From assembly GCA_047495785.1 (NCBI GenBank), contig JBLDXI010000034.1:1178001-1242000 (forward strand): a stretch of DNA of 64,000 nt, written 5' to 3'. The notes below the pieces were generated by a model. The model ran no database searches. It was given only the letters and a program-made list of their open reading frames with translations, and was not told the origin of the DNA. Below are positions 47,515 through 61,295 of this stretch, piece by piece. The translations under genes and the position numbers were made by a program. The DNA comes from Lepidodermella squamata (taxonomy: Eukaryota; Animalia; Gastrotricha). Each line of letters begins with the position of its first letter. The first letter of the stretch is position 1.

Positions 47515-49925
47515 AACACGATCATCCTTGCCTACTTTCAAGTTTTATAAGAGGTAACCTCGCAAAATTGAAGCTGAAGTGATTGAAGCGAGACAACAAA
47601 TTCCAATTCTGCGTCTGAAACGTTATTTCCTTGAAACCAACTATTGGTTTTCTCCAAATTTTCCGCCGGCCGGGCGCCGTTTTAACATCAATAGTAAAGC
47701 GTAAGTAAAGTAAATAAAGCGAGGTTACGTCCTTCACAACTTGGATGAATAACTTGTGGATGAATCTACCCAGTAACTTGCTTCAGTATATGTTAGCCTA
47801 GTCAATAGCAATATTGTAGATTAGGTGGTTCTACTAAGTTATGATTATAACTGTCACTGTCGCTCGAGCTTGCTAACAATTTGATAGATCGTTGCTTACT
47901 TCCATTTTCTTAAAGATGTAAACTCGCGCAACAAAATCGCTTTATCGCTTTATATCGTTTTATATAATAGCTACCAGGAGACAGTTTTTAGATAGATTTT
48001 GTTTTTTTACTTGGCAGAATTTATAGAAGTACATTTTGGTGGATCCGATGATTGCGGGGTTTTGCCGTTTTCTCGTCTGTTCTCATGTCGGAGAAAAAAG
48101 TCGAAAGGTTTGATAACTGATACACCTGAGTTCAGACTACTTGCCACCTGGAGAATGAGATGAACAGTAGGCGAACGACAAAGCTCATATGGAACGTTGG
48201 CCAGTGAAAGTAAAATTGATAACGTTGAACTTGTCGAATATTTTTCGAAAACCATTAGTTCTGGCGGTCTTACATTGAAAGTCGAACGGGATTGGTAATA
48301 TTTGGGAGATTCTCCAAAAGTTATTAGTCCAACAGTTGCTCTTCAGTTAATAACGACATATGAGCATCATTCCTACCTTATTTGAATCCATATTTCCGGC
48401 GCTCGCATCTCCAGGATTCGATGTGTAATAGAAAAACGCGAATAATTAAAAGGCGATTTTCGCATGATAGTTAGCCACCGCAGCTAAATAGCGTAGCGTA
48501 ACGCCGCGGTTATATGCATCAGTCGCTTTAAAAACTCTATTTAATTCATCAGTCCCCACCCATCACCCGTAGAATCACAGAATCAACTCCTGGGTAAATA
48601 TCGATGATTCGCTGGCTGCCATTAATTAAACCTGCGGTTTATTGGAGGGTGGGGAACAGGCCCTTCCTTATTAAGGGAGGGCGTTTTGGGAGAGTTGGTT
48701 TAATCTCTAAATTCGATTATCCCTCATCATTAACCTTTTTATAATGAGCTAGCACTTCACTAGCACAAAAAGCTGGATGTCTAAGACATCAAGTTCTGCG
48801 CTCATACATTATACCATTAATAATCACCCCAATTCATTTACCGAAAGCGTAAATTCAGATACCAGAACAGATTCCATGCTTTCGGTAGATGAATTAGTTG
48901 ATTTTTCAGCAAGAATTCAGATACATTTTGGAAATCGGTATTTTAGGATACTCCCAAGGCCCTAATTGAAGGGAATTCACTAGCTGAAAGCCGATTGGGG
49001 TGATTTTTCTCGAGTATAGTCTAAATGTGGCCACAACGCGTTGCGAAGGGAGCTGAAGCATGTTGAGCAATCACCGATCACCGGCGATTTCGTCGGGCTA
49101 GTTGCCAAGACCCAAGAACCTCTAGCGCGATGGCAATAACGTCGCGGCTATTAATGCGCAACTGTTTGGCAACATGGAAATCATGAAAAATCATTTCGAA
49201 TTAAAAATTATTTTTATCTTATGAACAACTGTCGGAGGGGAAATGCCGTAATGAAAAAATATAAAATTACGAAAACTGACGATGAACAAAAGTCGGGGTG
49301 CAAATTTCAAATGAATAATTAGGATAAATATATTTTCTATAATTTAAATCTTTGCGGAAACGTCGAATGCGCAAAAGTAGCCGGTTTCAAAAAACGTCGG
49401 GAAGATATTGACGCTACACGATTTTAGCAATAGATAAATCAATCCGTGTAAGGGCGTAAAATCCCACTTATTCGATTTTCCACGCTTAATTACTTGTTTT
49501 ATATCGATGAAGACAGCTAAATTTGGTTCTGGGTCGTATTTTGCGCAGCTGTTTTGCTATCAAAAAGCCTATTTAGCTTCTACAGAAGCGTTCAGACTAC
49601 GAAATTTCAACATCACTTCAGCGCACTTCAACGAGCACGCGACCGGTTAACGCTTTTTTTACTTCACTTTACCGCAGTGTGAAAAAGCCTTGTCTTATTG
49701 TAGGCGCTAAGGCTAGAGTCTTTGAGCTAACCACAGGGTCGAGAGTAGGAGGCGATCCCTGATCGAGAGTAGAAGCCTTTTCAGCAAAGTTATTCGATAT
49801 TCTCCCTGAAATCGTAGCTTTGCAGCGCTTAACACCGGATAATTAGCCAGATACTTTCGCACCGTACGTCCAATTTATCACAAACCAGCGCAAGAGAATT
49901 GTTAAGAGTTGGTCGGTGATGAAAG

Positions 49926-50079
49926 CAGTGCTCCGCGTACGGGGGGTAAGGGGGTAAACAACCCCCTTTGGCGTTCGAAAATTTCTGAAAAACGTAAGGG
50001 TCCTCCCTGTTGATTTGCAAATTTTGGGGTCAAAATGCTCGATTTACCCCCCTCAGAGCTGGACCTAGTCGGAACCCTG
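49926..50079. mobile_element. hAT-type MITE, copy 2
   Basis: Near-identical to 14632-14786, with its own 8-bp TSD GATGAAAG. Confidence 0.88.
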
Positions 50080-50123
50080 GATGAAAGATTTTTTCCGCAA
50101 GAGTAATTGATAGCTACCTAATT

Positions 50124-50665
50124 CTTTCGATTATTATTGAAGCGCAAACCATGATATTGTTCGTGGCGTGGAAGAACCCTCACTTCAGGCAAAAAAGTGT
50201 CTGAACTGGCTGGTACTCTCAGGTACAAACTTCCGTCCTTACTTCGTATGTGAAATAGCTACAACTAACGACAATATTTAGGTAGGAGAGGATTAACGCC
50301 CAGGATTTTAGTCACATTTTTGGTTTTCGGATGAAATAAGACATTGGTCGGATAAAAGAAGACATTGGTCTGATGAAAAAAGTCACACTCGATTTTTTGT
50401 CCAGACCTTTTAGATTGCGCCAAGCTTCAAGCTTCTGATTGTCAAGTTTACGAATATATTTCGGATAAATTCGTTTCACACATAAAGGACCACGCAGAGG
50501 TACATATTGATTAACGAGTGATAGCAAGAAGCTGTTAAATTTAGTGAATGCCAGTTCTGTCTTTCGATTATTATTGAAGCGCAAACCATGATATTGTTCG
50601 TGGCGTGGAAGAACCCTCACTTCAGGCAAAAAAGTGTCTGAACTGGCTAGTACTCTCAGGTACAA
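50124..50665 (-). mobile_element. LINE (CR1-like) endonuclease-RT linker fragment with a local 100-bp duplication
   Basis: AFTKFNSFLLSLVNQYVPLR...YPKYIRKL...KLEAWR; 50124-50227 is repeated at 50561-50665. Confidence 0.45.
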
Positions 50666-51490
50666 TCTTGGGCTGTAATTTTATAGTAAAGTCTTTTGGT
50701 GGCTGTACCGCACGTACAGCTCATCAGGCTGTACACGGAAGTACAGCTATATGGGAGACTTCAGACCACAGTACAGCCTTAATGACTGTACTCGGTGTAC
50801 AGTCTTGATTACTGTACACGAAGTATAGCCTCGATCACTGTACTTGCAGTTTACAGTAACATCCAACGCACTGTATAGGTACACTCACTGCGACTTCTTT
50901 CACTGCGCTCGATTGCTATTATTAGGAAATTTGCACCCCATCAACCATCATAGGTTCGGTAGAGTTCGATTTTTCGGTAGGGGCCTATCCCTTTTATGCT
51001 CCCTATACTGGCCGCTGAACCGCTAGAATTTTATGGTGAAAGATTTATGGCGATCCGAGTTGTCAATTTTTTACTGTAATTTTCTGAAAATATGAAAAAG
51101 CAAGTCGGATGATTTTAGTCACATTTTTGGTTGTCGGATGAAATAAGTTATAGGCATCTTCTTCCCCTCGGCACTCTTCAAAGACGGACAACATCGCTAT
51201 CACAGTCACAAACAAAACAGTATAAGTATCTCGAAAGACAGCTTACAATCACAGCCAATCTATGTAAATATGTGACAATTAGCGGGTGGGTGCAAAAACG
51301 TAAGCTAACACGACGCAGCAAGTGGGTGTAAATAGTCATTTAACACAGCACTCAGTGTAGATAGCCATATAAGTGCGTAGGTTATTTAAGTCACGTGAGG
51401 ACTGCTGATAAGTTAAGGCCAGACAAGAATTAACGGAACCAGATATTTCAATTCCAGTGATAAAAAACCGTCTCAGAAAATTTATGAAAT

Positions 51491-52451
51491 ATGTCTTCCG
51501 TTGAAAACTTTGAATTGGACGTGCCTAGGTATTCCCAACGTCTGGCGCTTTTCAAAAATGCAATATGGTTTGTGGGACTAGTACTCACGCTAATTTTTGG
51601 AGCGGCACATCTTCTAGGCGGAATGTTTGGTCTGATACTTAATGCCATATCATTACTCACTCAGGACCTTACTTAACAGCGCTGCGCTTGCTTTCGACTG
51701 ACTTCGAGCCGATTAAGAAGTTCTCAATAACGTACTTCCTATCAAACAAACTGACGTTCCGTTTGTTCACCGGTATATTGCTGACTACCTCCTGCCTGGG
51801 CATTGTAGCGTCGTCGTTCGTGCCGATTATTACTTTGCCACTTTACCGTAAATCAAAGGCTAGGGTCATCGCTGGTACCGCCTTCTACACGCTGATGATT
51901 TTTCTCGCGCTGCTATACTTCGTCCTAGGGTTGATCAGCCTGATACTAGGCGGTACTCTACCCCTCGAACATACCCTAAATGAAGAAGCGTCAGGCAGAT
52001 ATGATTATTCAAATGGTACGTATCCCCTTTTGTTAGCGTACGGGAATGAAAACTACGGTTGCTGCGGGGTTTACGATCTTCCTAATGGCTGCGATCAGCA
52101 TTACCCAGGAGCGGTGAATGGTTCATGCAAAATTGGCAGTTTAGCATGTTCCAAGGGCTGCTTCAGTGAAATTTACTCGAGTGATGTCGAAATGTTCCAG
52201 ACGCCGGCTCGCGTCTCGCTTTTTCTACTCAGTGCAACTTCCGTTGGCATAGTCGGATGGGGATATTGCTCTTACAAGGATTCGAAGCTGCTGAAGTTCG
52301 CAAGCGCTTGTGCTGGTGTGGTGAGTGTGGCAATATTTAAACCATTAAAAACCAATGACAGCTTTTCCAACCACCCTATTTTAGAAAAATCCTGTAGAAT
52401 ACTACAATCACAGGTTTTCAAAGTGCTAATCTCAGCGCTGGGAAATGGTAG
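51491..52451 (+). CDS. Tetraspanin-like gene A, copy 2
   Basis: Paralog of 34112-35034 with the same introns; last exon NTTITGFQSANLSAGKW-stop. Confidence 0.75.
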
Positions 52452-53564
52452 AAATTCAGGATTCAGGGATAAACAGCCAGAGTAGGCTTGATGATGAGAG
52501 ATGATTTGGTACCTGTTTTATGGGGGACTGACATCAAACTGCACTACAGTCACATCAATTTTTGCGAAGCGTCACATGTGCCCAAACAGGCTCTTCTATT
52601 TTTTCATGCTTTATTTGCCAAAATGACAATTAATTTCAACTGAAAAGCGAGCGAAGCAAGAATATATTTTGAAGGTTTTTATACTAAAACACGCTTCAGA
52701 ACCTATCAAAATTAAAAAATGGGATAAATTCTCATTTTGTCATCTGGCCCGGCCGAGCTGGGGGACTGGCAATCGATTTCCTTCGTAATTGATAAAAATA
52801 AGAGGCTTTTGTATTCTTGCTGCTCAATTCTTTCCCTATCGAAATAAGAGTTTAGGAAACGGGTAAGAGAGAAATACGTTTTCTCAAAACATTCTGGGGG
52901 TCCCCCACGAAACTGCAGGCTTCAAACAGGGATTTTTTTAAGCAAACGATTGGTTGTTACAAATGATTTTTTGGTAGTTACCTCGCTCGAAAGCGAAATT
53001 TTTTGTGCTGCATTGGTTAAAATTAAATGTAATTTTTACCAATAATACGAGCGAAGCGAGGAATTTTTGAGGGTTTTCCACTGGAAAATGCTCCGAAATC
53101 TCCTAAAAATGAGGTTACAACAGTTCTTTTCCAGGCGTTACTTCTATTTTGGTTGTTACATTGTAACATGTGTAACATGCTTAAAAAACACTGCTTCAAA
53201 GCAGGATAAACCCAAAAAGTGGTGCAAACGCCACGCAACAATAAATCGAATTAATTACGATAAAATTCTGCGTAATTTTCTGAATATGGGCCCTGGGCCC
53301 ATCATAGCCCGGCTTATGAATTTTGGAAAATTTTCGGAAAACGACGTTTTTGACCAAATTGAGGTCTGAGCTACATTACGAAGTATTCATGCATTACGTT
53401 CCTCAAATTTTGGCGTGGAAAGCTAGAATAGCTGACCATCATGTTAGTCCATTGGTTGAAAATCAGAGGCTAAGCCTGAGCGCCGACTGTGAGGACGGTT
53501 TATTGCGTTGACCCTGCTTTGAAGCCTGCTGCTTCGTGGGGAAACCCTTTTCTGGGCATTTATT

Positions 53565-54461
53565 ATGGATGTCCCAACTTCCGATTTCTGCAATAGATTC
53601 AGGCGTAATATGATGAAAATTGCTGCCCCTTTTCCATTCATACAACTGCGCAAAACGACAAATTTAGCTACATGTAACATTTTCATCTCCTGTTATAGTT
53701 TACAGGATTTGTCACAACATGCGTTGGTTCCGCCTTAATCGCGGGCGATTTCGGCATATTCGCGCAATATGCGCCGATTTACGTCCATGAAAATTATGGA
53801 TCATTGGACGATTCTGGAATCATGCTTATTTTTTTTGGCATAATTAGCGAGGGTTGTAGCCTTGCTACCATTGCTCAATTCTACTACGAAGGAAATGACG
53901 ATGGGAAAGCAAAGCTTTTCCGATACGCAGTATGGCTATCATTCTTCGCAAATCCTCAAACCAAATATATTTTCTTAGAGAATCTTTCTAGCCTGTCTTG
54001 CCCCTCTTGTATGTTTCTCAGGTGCGCTCGTAACAGGATCTGATCTAAGTAAACCATCCCTGGAGAGAGCTTTGAATGCCGAGGTCACTCGTAAACTGCC
54101 GTTTGGTAGTTTACTGCGAACTGCCAATCGCCGCTACGGATGCTGTGGTATCACAGGCAGTCAAGATGGAATATGCGCCCGCGACTATCCTGGAGTGAAT
54201 TGTACCTTGGGCAGTGCTAACTGCTTCACCGGCTGTTTGGATTACATGTGGTCGGACCATTTTTCGACGTACCAGGGCCTTGTAATTGGCACTTTCTTGG
54301 CGTTGTCTCTGTCTTTGGTTTGTATTACGGATTTTAGGGTTAACTGGGAGCACTATTTATCAAGTTGTATGTTTCAGCCATCGATGTTGCTGTTCCCCGT
54401 AATAAGGCGGAAATGCTGCGATAAGGGACAGTCGTACGGAAATTTGAACGAGCAAAGCTAA
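53565..54461 (+). CDS. Tetraspanin-like gene B, copy 2 (start uncertain; integrity not fully checked)
   Basis: Paralog of gene B; YGCCGITGSQDGICARDYPGVNC...CFTGCL; ends YGNLNEQS-stop. Confidence 0.65.
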
Positions 54462-54542
54462 ACATTACCGACATCTGATTCCTGATGTAGACTACTTATA
54501 TGAAAAGAGCTTTGGAATTGATTTGAGGTCATTTTGAGGACA

Positions 54543-54670
54543 ATTTGATTTGATTTGATTTGATTTGAATTATCAGTCAGTTTGATTTGATTTGATTTAG
54601 ATTTGAAATATTTCATTAAGATTTGATTTGATTTGATTTGAAAATTAATGCCAGATTTGATTTGATTTGA
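54543..54670. repeat. (GATTT)n microsatellite cluster
   Basis: Several interrupted GATTT runs. Confidence 0.85.
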
Positions 54671-55129
54671 AAACTCGCGCTAAATCCGAAGTTAATGAAA
54701 AAATGGGCCGCTTTTGCGCGGACAGAAAACATAGAGATTATAGGACGTGTTGTTGTAGCCACGTTGGTAGGCGCTAGAAATATGGTTCCTGCTGCTAATC
54801 TGGAAGTCTTCTTATAATGGATGTGAATAATATAAAATCAGCATCGGAAATGAATCTAGCCATTCATCAATTACTCAGTTTCAACAAAGTTTCACTTGTA
54901 AAACATTTATGGCTCGCGGTCGAGGCCGTGATCGCAATTCGGCCAATTCCACGGCTAAGTAAAGGTCACTTCCGCCGCGAATCCCGGTGCGAATTCTTCC
55001 GAGCCACAAGTCGAACCTACTGGCCCACTCATCAACGCTGCTGTGAATCACCGGGCAAAAGTTTACTCTGATGCTCAGCTCGACAAGCAGGTACCGGCGT
55101 CCCGGCTCTCTACTGTGCTCTACTGTGCT

Positions 55130-56170
55130 GCCGTCGGAAGCTGGTTCCACCAATCAGGCCCGCGGTAGCCTAAACTGAGTGCACCGCGCTCTTTGCGTTC
55201 TGTTGGCTTGATCATTGGCTCAAAGTGACGAAAGCCGTACGCGCTGGCTTCGTTCAATTGGAATAGTGTTTGCAACATCGATGGCGCTTGTTGATGTAGA
55301 CAGTTCCAGATGAATGTAGCAAGGTGGATCGCGTGTTTTTGATTCACGTCGACCCAACCTAGACGGCGTCTTAATGGTTCGGGATCAGCCAAGGGATGTG
55401 CACCGCAAATGACACGAATGGCCCGATCTTGAGTTGATTGCAATTTGGCTAGCGAACTCGGCGCTGCCTGACCCAGCGTGATGTCACCGTAATTCAAATG
55501 ACTAAAGACAAGCCCGTTGGCCATCATAATCGCCGTCTTTCTATCGACAAACTTGACGGCCAAGCGAAGCGCGTAGAGCCCTCTTCTCGCCTTGCTCTTG
55601 GCACTCCTTATTTGTTTCTTGAAGGTGAGTTTGTCGTCGATGATAGATCCGAGAGTTATCATTTCATTTGACGGTTGGACAACCGCATCGCCGATAGTGA
55701 TAGCGAAGTTTGGAGCCGAAGGAACGGCGCATTTGAGTATCATAAATTGAGACTTCTTACCATTGACAAGTAGAGAATTGTTTGCCAACCACTTGCAGAC
55801 CCGGTTCATTTCATTTTGTAGGACGGAGCGTAATTCATTGATATTACGGCTTGCAAAGTAGATCGTGATGTCGTCGGCGTATTGTTTTATTTTGCAATGC
55901 GTAACTACCGACGGTAGCTCGTTTACGTAAACAGTGAACATCAATGGGCCGAGAACGGATCCCTGCGGCACTCCATGATGTATTGGTTCAAAGGATGAAA
56001 GTTAGCAATTGACCTTTGTAGCCTGTCTTCGATTGCCCAGATAACTCCGCAAAAGTCGAATCGCTGGTTCCGTCAGGCCTGCACTTCGGAACGATTCAAG
56101 AATACCCTCGTGAATGAGAGTATCGAAAGCTTTCGAAAGATCAATCGACATTGCTCCAACAATCTTATAC
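55130..56170 (-). mobile_element. LINE RT fragment (CR1/L2 group)
   Basis: IDLSKAFD, PQGSVLGPLMF, YADD, SHLNYG, LQSTQDRAIR; in-frame stop at 56002-56004. Confidence 0.9.
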
Positions 56171-57250
56171 CTTCGCACATCGCTCTGCGCCAATCCTCCG
56201 TGAATTCGGCTACACATGTGTCCGTTGAATGTTTTTCTCGAAACCCATACTACATATACTACAGCGCGTCCCAGAACTTCCGCAACTATTTTTGTTATTT
56301 GAACATCTTTTGTAGGGGATTTAACCAATTTTTTAATGAGAGAATATTTTATCTTTTCCGCGATTTAACTGAAGAAATTAAAAATTTACCGGAGAGAAAC
56401 CGGATCCATAGTAACAATTTCGATAATTTTCGGTATTTTAAATATTCCATATAAACATTTTCCTGACTTTTTTAATCTTATTAGCGAGTGACATATTTGA
56501 TTAATATTCTCGTTATATTGATTCGGCCAGGAATTTAGCCCAGCACGCAATGATGACCCTAAATGCCAGATTCAGAAATAAAAAATACAAACAAATAAAG
56601 CACAATCCGAGATAGATTTCCGATTATCCAACGTGTTCGACCAGTCCCGAATAAAATTGAAATTAAAAATTAAATTAAAAAATTATCCTCTTGAATTTTG
56701 TTTCGTGATTTCACAAAAAAATCCAAATTGAAATTTTTAACTGGCATTAAAAAATCCCGTTATATTTCTAAAAATTCTCGCTCATACCTTTCATTGATTT
56801 CTAGCGGTTAAATTTGTTATCAATAAAATCAACTCCATTTTTCTGCTCGCGTGATTTTTTTATTTCGGTCATTATTTACGCCAGTTTTCAGCAATAATAA
56901 ACAAATCTCAACATCATATGTCGTTAAAGGTGTAATTGAGAGCCAGTTTATTTACGCACCCTGATCGCAAACCTGTTATCGCGCCAAGAGATAAGGCGAA
57001 GTGGCTATGCATGTATTCTCCCTGTACAGTAATACCATCTAACAATATATCTTTACGGAACAACTTGAAATAATTCGCGCGCGATAAAACCGCGATAATT
57101 GATGGTCGATAATAGTCGAGTGCTTTTAACGCGCATACAATGGCTATTATATGAAGATGTTTAGCCGCGCCGCAGTTGCTGGTACCCGCAAAATCAGAAC
57201 ACAAATCATCGCAGCCGCAAAACATCTAGTACCGACATTTTGTGGCTAAA

Positions 57251-60210
57251 ATGCGGCTTTTTATTTTCGTATCGATTTTCTTTAATTTTTTCAACTTGAT
57301 GTTGAGTGATGCCAGCAATAAAAACGGTGCGCCAAGAAATGACGATGCGGAACGGCGACCTGAGGCATGTCGTGGCGCGAATGCGGTTGGAAAGGCCTCC
57401 GAGCAACAGGTTGCGGATAAGTATTTCCGGCCGTATGGAAATTGGCAGAGGCCGAGGTTGAATTCGAGCGATCCTGTTGTTGTTAGCCTCACCTTTGTCC
57501 TATCCTCAATCACCGACATTGTGAGAACAAATAATCCGCGAAATTGTTTTGTTTAATTAATCAAATTATTTCTAGCTGGAGAGGGAGCGCATTATGAAAA
57601 TATCAGGCTATTTAAGTGTTGTAAGTATTTCTCCATATCGCAATATTTTTTGATTGATTTTTATAGCGATGGATGGACGAATTTCGAATGTGGAAGAATG
57701 ATTTTCCTTACAACTGCGTAGATTACGTCGGTTCGTTTTATTTAGCTTCATATTACCCTGATGTTGCTTATTAAATTTGAAATAAATTATCACAGCTAAT
57801 TCATTTAATTAAAAATAATTTCTAATTTATTTGAATTTTATGAAAATAATTTTCATTACATATCGTTTGGTCAAATACCGTTTTTAATATTGAAAATAAA
57901 AAAAATAATTTTTATATGTAAAATTTGATTTAAGATTTGAGATGAGAAGTTGTCGTTTGCGCAAATTTCGACATACGATAATGCCTTATATGCGAAATTT
58001 GAGCAATTATTCTCAAAGATTCAAAATTTAGGATATGAAATTCCTGAGATTATTCCTGAAAATCCGTAAATTATGCATTATACATCTACTGCGAACTAAA
58101 GATCGATAGCTTGTAAGAGCGCAAAGCTTCTTATCCCAACGATAGATAACGATAGATTATTCCACTGTAATGCGTGGTGATTAATCGCTCTATGCGCGCG
58201 CTCACCGCTTCCATTAATTTGCGCGCCAAACAATTCGAGCGCTGATAGGCCACTGTAGGTGCTATAAACCCGCTTATTAGCCTGCATGTCCTACATGTCC
58301 TTCAATGCAATTAATTAAGCGAAATCCATCTTGAAATGAAACGTTGCCTAAATATAAAAAATGGATATCATAAAAATTTTAAATATTAATTGGCTATTTT
58401 TTAGTACTTCCCTCCACCGACGTATGGGTGCCTGATATTGCTCAGGTAATGGAAGAATTGAGATGTGCGTAGATTTTTATAGGTCGGCGTTTCTCCCATT
58501 TCAGATGAATTCAGAGGGCAGATATACGCTTATGGGAAAAGAAAGCGAAAAAGTGCGAATCTATTCAAACGGCTATTCAATTTTCAGTCCAGGTGGCACG
58601 ATTTCCGTCTACTGCGAATACGATCTCACAATGTAATCTTTCTCAAAAAATCGTGAATTTCCACTAAGTCAGCTGACTTTTTCAGGTTTCCTTTTGATAC
58701 CCAGGTAATTTTTTCACGATTTTAAACCGATTTTATTGAAAAAAATGTCGCAGACTTGTGCACTAGAACTCGAGAGGTAAATTCCGAATCAAAAGCTTTC
58801 TCATATTTTTTGTTTTATTTTTATAATTTTCTCTAGTTGGCGTTATACAAGGCAGTACATGTCATTTCAATTTGTCGGCAACGTCACTAGGAAATACTTC
58901 AAGGATAACGAACAGTGGAATTTAGTCAAAACCTCCCAGGTTAAAATCGACGTGTCCTACCTTGACCCATCAAATTCTTTCGAACACATCGAATTTCACT
59001 TCACAGTAAGGCGAAAAATTTTGTATTACATGTGAGAAACTTTTTTGTCCAATTCTAGGTCATTTATTTTCCTTTTCTTTTTTTCAGGATGAATGTGATA
59101 ATTCCTAGCATTTTAATTGCTATTGCTCACCTTGCAGTCTACACAGTTCCGGTTGGTGAGATTGAGAAGATCAACATTTCCTTCACCTGCCTGCTAGCCT
59201 ATTCCGTATTCCAACTCATGGTGGTCGGCGATATGCCACGGTCGAGTGACCACATACCTCTCATTTCAATCTACATCAACCTACAAATGGCTTACATCAC
59301 CATGTCCATGGTAAAATCCTTGATGATAGTCCAACATTTCATTTTTCATTAAATTTTTGAAATTTCTGTAAGCAATTCTTTAAAAATTCCGTAAATTGAA
59401 TTGAAATTTTGAAATTCAACCTGCAATTCTCATTTTAATTTTTTAATTTTTATTCAATTTTTTGAAATTTGAATTTTTCAAACTTAAAGAACATTTTTAT
59501 GAACTTGGAAAAATGTGACATTTTTTTTCTAGAAAATTTGTAGGACTTGAAATTTTTGAAAAAATGCCTTATCATGCCTTGCTTTGTCTCAAATGAGGTT
59601 ATCATGTGATCAATTTTTTCCCACGATTTAGCTTGGCGAGGGCATGTCCTTAGCCGCACTCAGCTACGTCGATTACAAGGGCCTTAACGAGCCGCCGTTC
59701 GTGTCACCCTGGATGCTGAAATCAGCCTTCATCATCGCTAAAATCACCTGCATGAAGCACTCACTGCCAAAAACGGAACTTCTCTCAGCTCAATCGCGGC
59801 TGTCAAGCAGTAAAGAAAGCTCACCGACCAAATCGGCCATAGTAATAGACCCCGTCATACTCGAAGTTTCAATTCCAATCGACGAGTCGTGCTCATCGCT
59901 TTCAAGACGCTCGTCTATCGGCGTCAGGTCGAATCGGGGTAGTCTTAACAACAAATGTCAATTCAGCTCGGGGCAAAGCTCAAAGTCGAAAATTGACAAG
60001 CAATCAGCTTGCCCACGTCATCCTGATGAGAGATCAAGAGTAATGGACTTGAGACAGCAACAATGGCAGTTCCTATCCTTTCTCATTGAACGATGCGTTG
60101 CGGTTTTGTATATACTCAGCATAACTATGACGCCCTTGATTATGTTTGTAATCTACCCTAGCCTCCATGCAACTAGACACGAGCCCTTGCCATTTCTTCA
60201 TAAAACTTGA
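57251..60210 (+). CDS. Cys-loop ligand-gated cation channel subunit (nAChR/5-HT3-like, non-alpha; about 10 exons)
   Basis: Signal peptide; RP.LNSSDPVVV; WMDEFRMW; VWVPDI; Cys loop CEYDLTMFPFDTQTC; VRRKILYY; M1-M3 with EKINISFTCLLAYSVF and MPRSSDHIPLI; M4 QWQFLSFLIERC. Confidence 0.92.
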
Positions 60211-60249
60211 CTTTATTTCGTTTCATTGTGCAAGCCTTTGGAGTTTCAG

Positions 60250-60679
60250 TTGCGTGGATGCAGCACTTCAAGTTACCAGTGGGAATCCCGCTAGGTGTTG
60301 GTACAGTTGGTGCCAAACGCGTTGTTACGCGGGCTCTGTAACGCATTATGAAAGATGAAAGCTGAGTTTCGAAATACTCGAATAAAAAGTCTGAATTTTC
60401 AGAAAATTAAGGCGAAGGTACTTGAGCGAGAAGTTTTGCCATATGCCATTCATTAACTGTGATTAACTGCGAAGTTCCAGTGAGGATTGCATGAGACTAC
60501 CTCGAACCCCCGTTTTTTCCATTTTTTATTTTTGTCCTGGAAATAACGGGACGTTGAAGCTGAGTTAAGTGGATGCAGCACCTCAAGTTACGAGTGGGAA
60601 TCCCGCTAGGTGTTGGTGCAGTTGGTGCCAAACGCGCTGTTACGCGGGCTCTGTAACGCATTTCGACAGATGAAAGCTG
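60250..60679 (+). repeat. Direct repeat of about 110 bp (60250-60365 / 60565-60679)
   Basis: GTGGATGCAGCAC...GTGGGAATCCCGCTAGGTGTTGGT...TTACGCGGGCTCTGTAACGCAT occurs twice. Confidence 0.8.
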
Positions 60680-60891
60680 TCCATGCTCTGCGCCCGTAAC
60701 AGTGTACCAAAAAATCCCCCCCCCCCCCCCCCCTAGCACGAGGATCCTACTTTCTACTCTGGCCCATGATAATGTTTTTGATATAGCATATAACCCCCTC
60801 TCCATGCAGCTATAAACTCGAAAAGAAATCACCATTAGTTCATAAAACGATTTTATTGCGTTTCTTTATGCAAGCGTTCGGTGTTACGAGT

Positions 60892-61295
60892 TTAATGGTG
60901 GGGGTTGACGCACATGAGGGCGCATCCGCGGACGCAGCACTTCATGCTACCCGGGCAGTGGGTATCCTTCTCGCAGTAGTTGACGCATGGGCCGAAAGCG
61001 TCGTTGAACGGGCAAGTTCCGGTCTCTGAAACAAATCAAGGTGGATTTTTTTTAATTTTAAGTAGGAGTTAAGCTCACTTTTGGGGGCAACTGCGAAACG
61101 GCAAGTTTTGCCGCATCCGTTCGAGCAGCACATGAGGCCATCACCACGGCAGTCGGAGTCAGACTCACAGTCCATCGAGCAGGTGCCCATCTCGCCTTCC
61201 TTGACTGCCGGACATTCAAGGTAGGTCTTGAACTCGCGCTCAGGGGCGGCGAGAACAACAGCGGCGAAGCATGCAACAAGCAGAACCTTGTACAT
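60892..61295 (-). CDS. Secreted protein with two WAP four-disulfide-core domains (2 exons)
   Basis: Signal MYKVLLVACFAAVVLA; CP...GTCSMDCESDSDCRGDGLMCCSNGCGKTC; exon 2 KTGTCPFNDAFGPCVNYCEKDTHCPGSMKCCVRGCALMCVNPHH-stop. Confidence 0.9.

Noticed and set aside
50690-50880. GTACAG/CTGTAC-rich patch
   Set aside because: Degenerate short repeats without regular period or termini; not interpretable.
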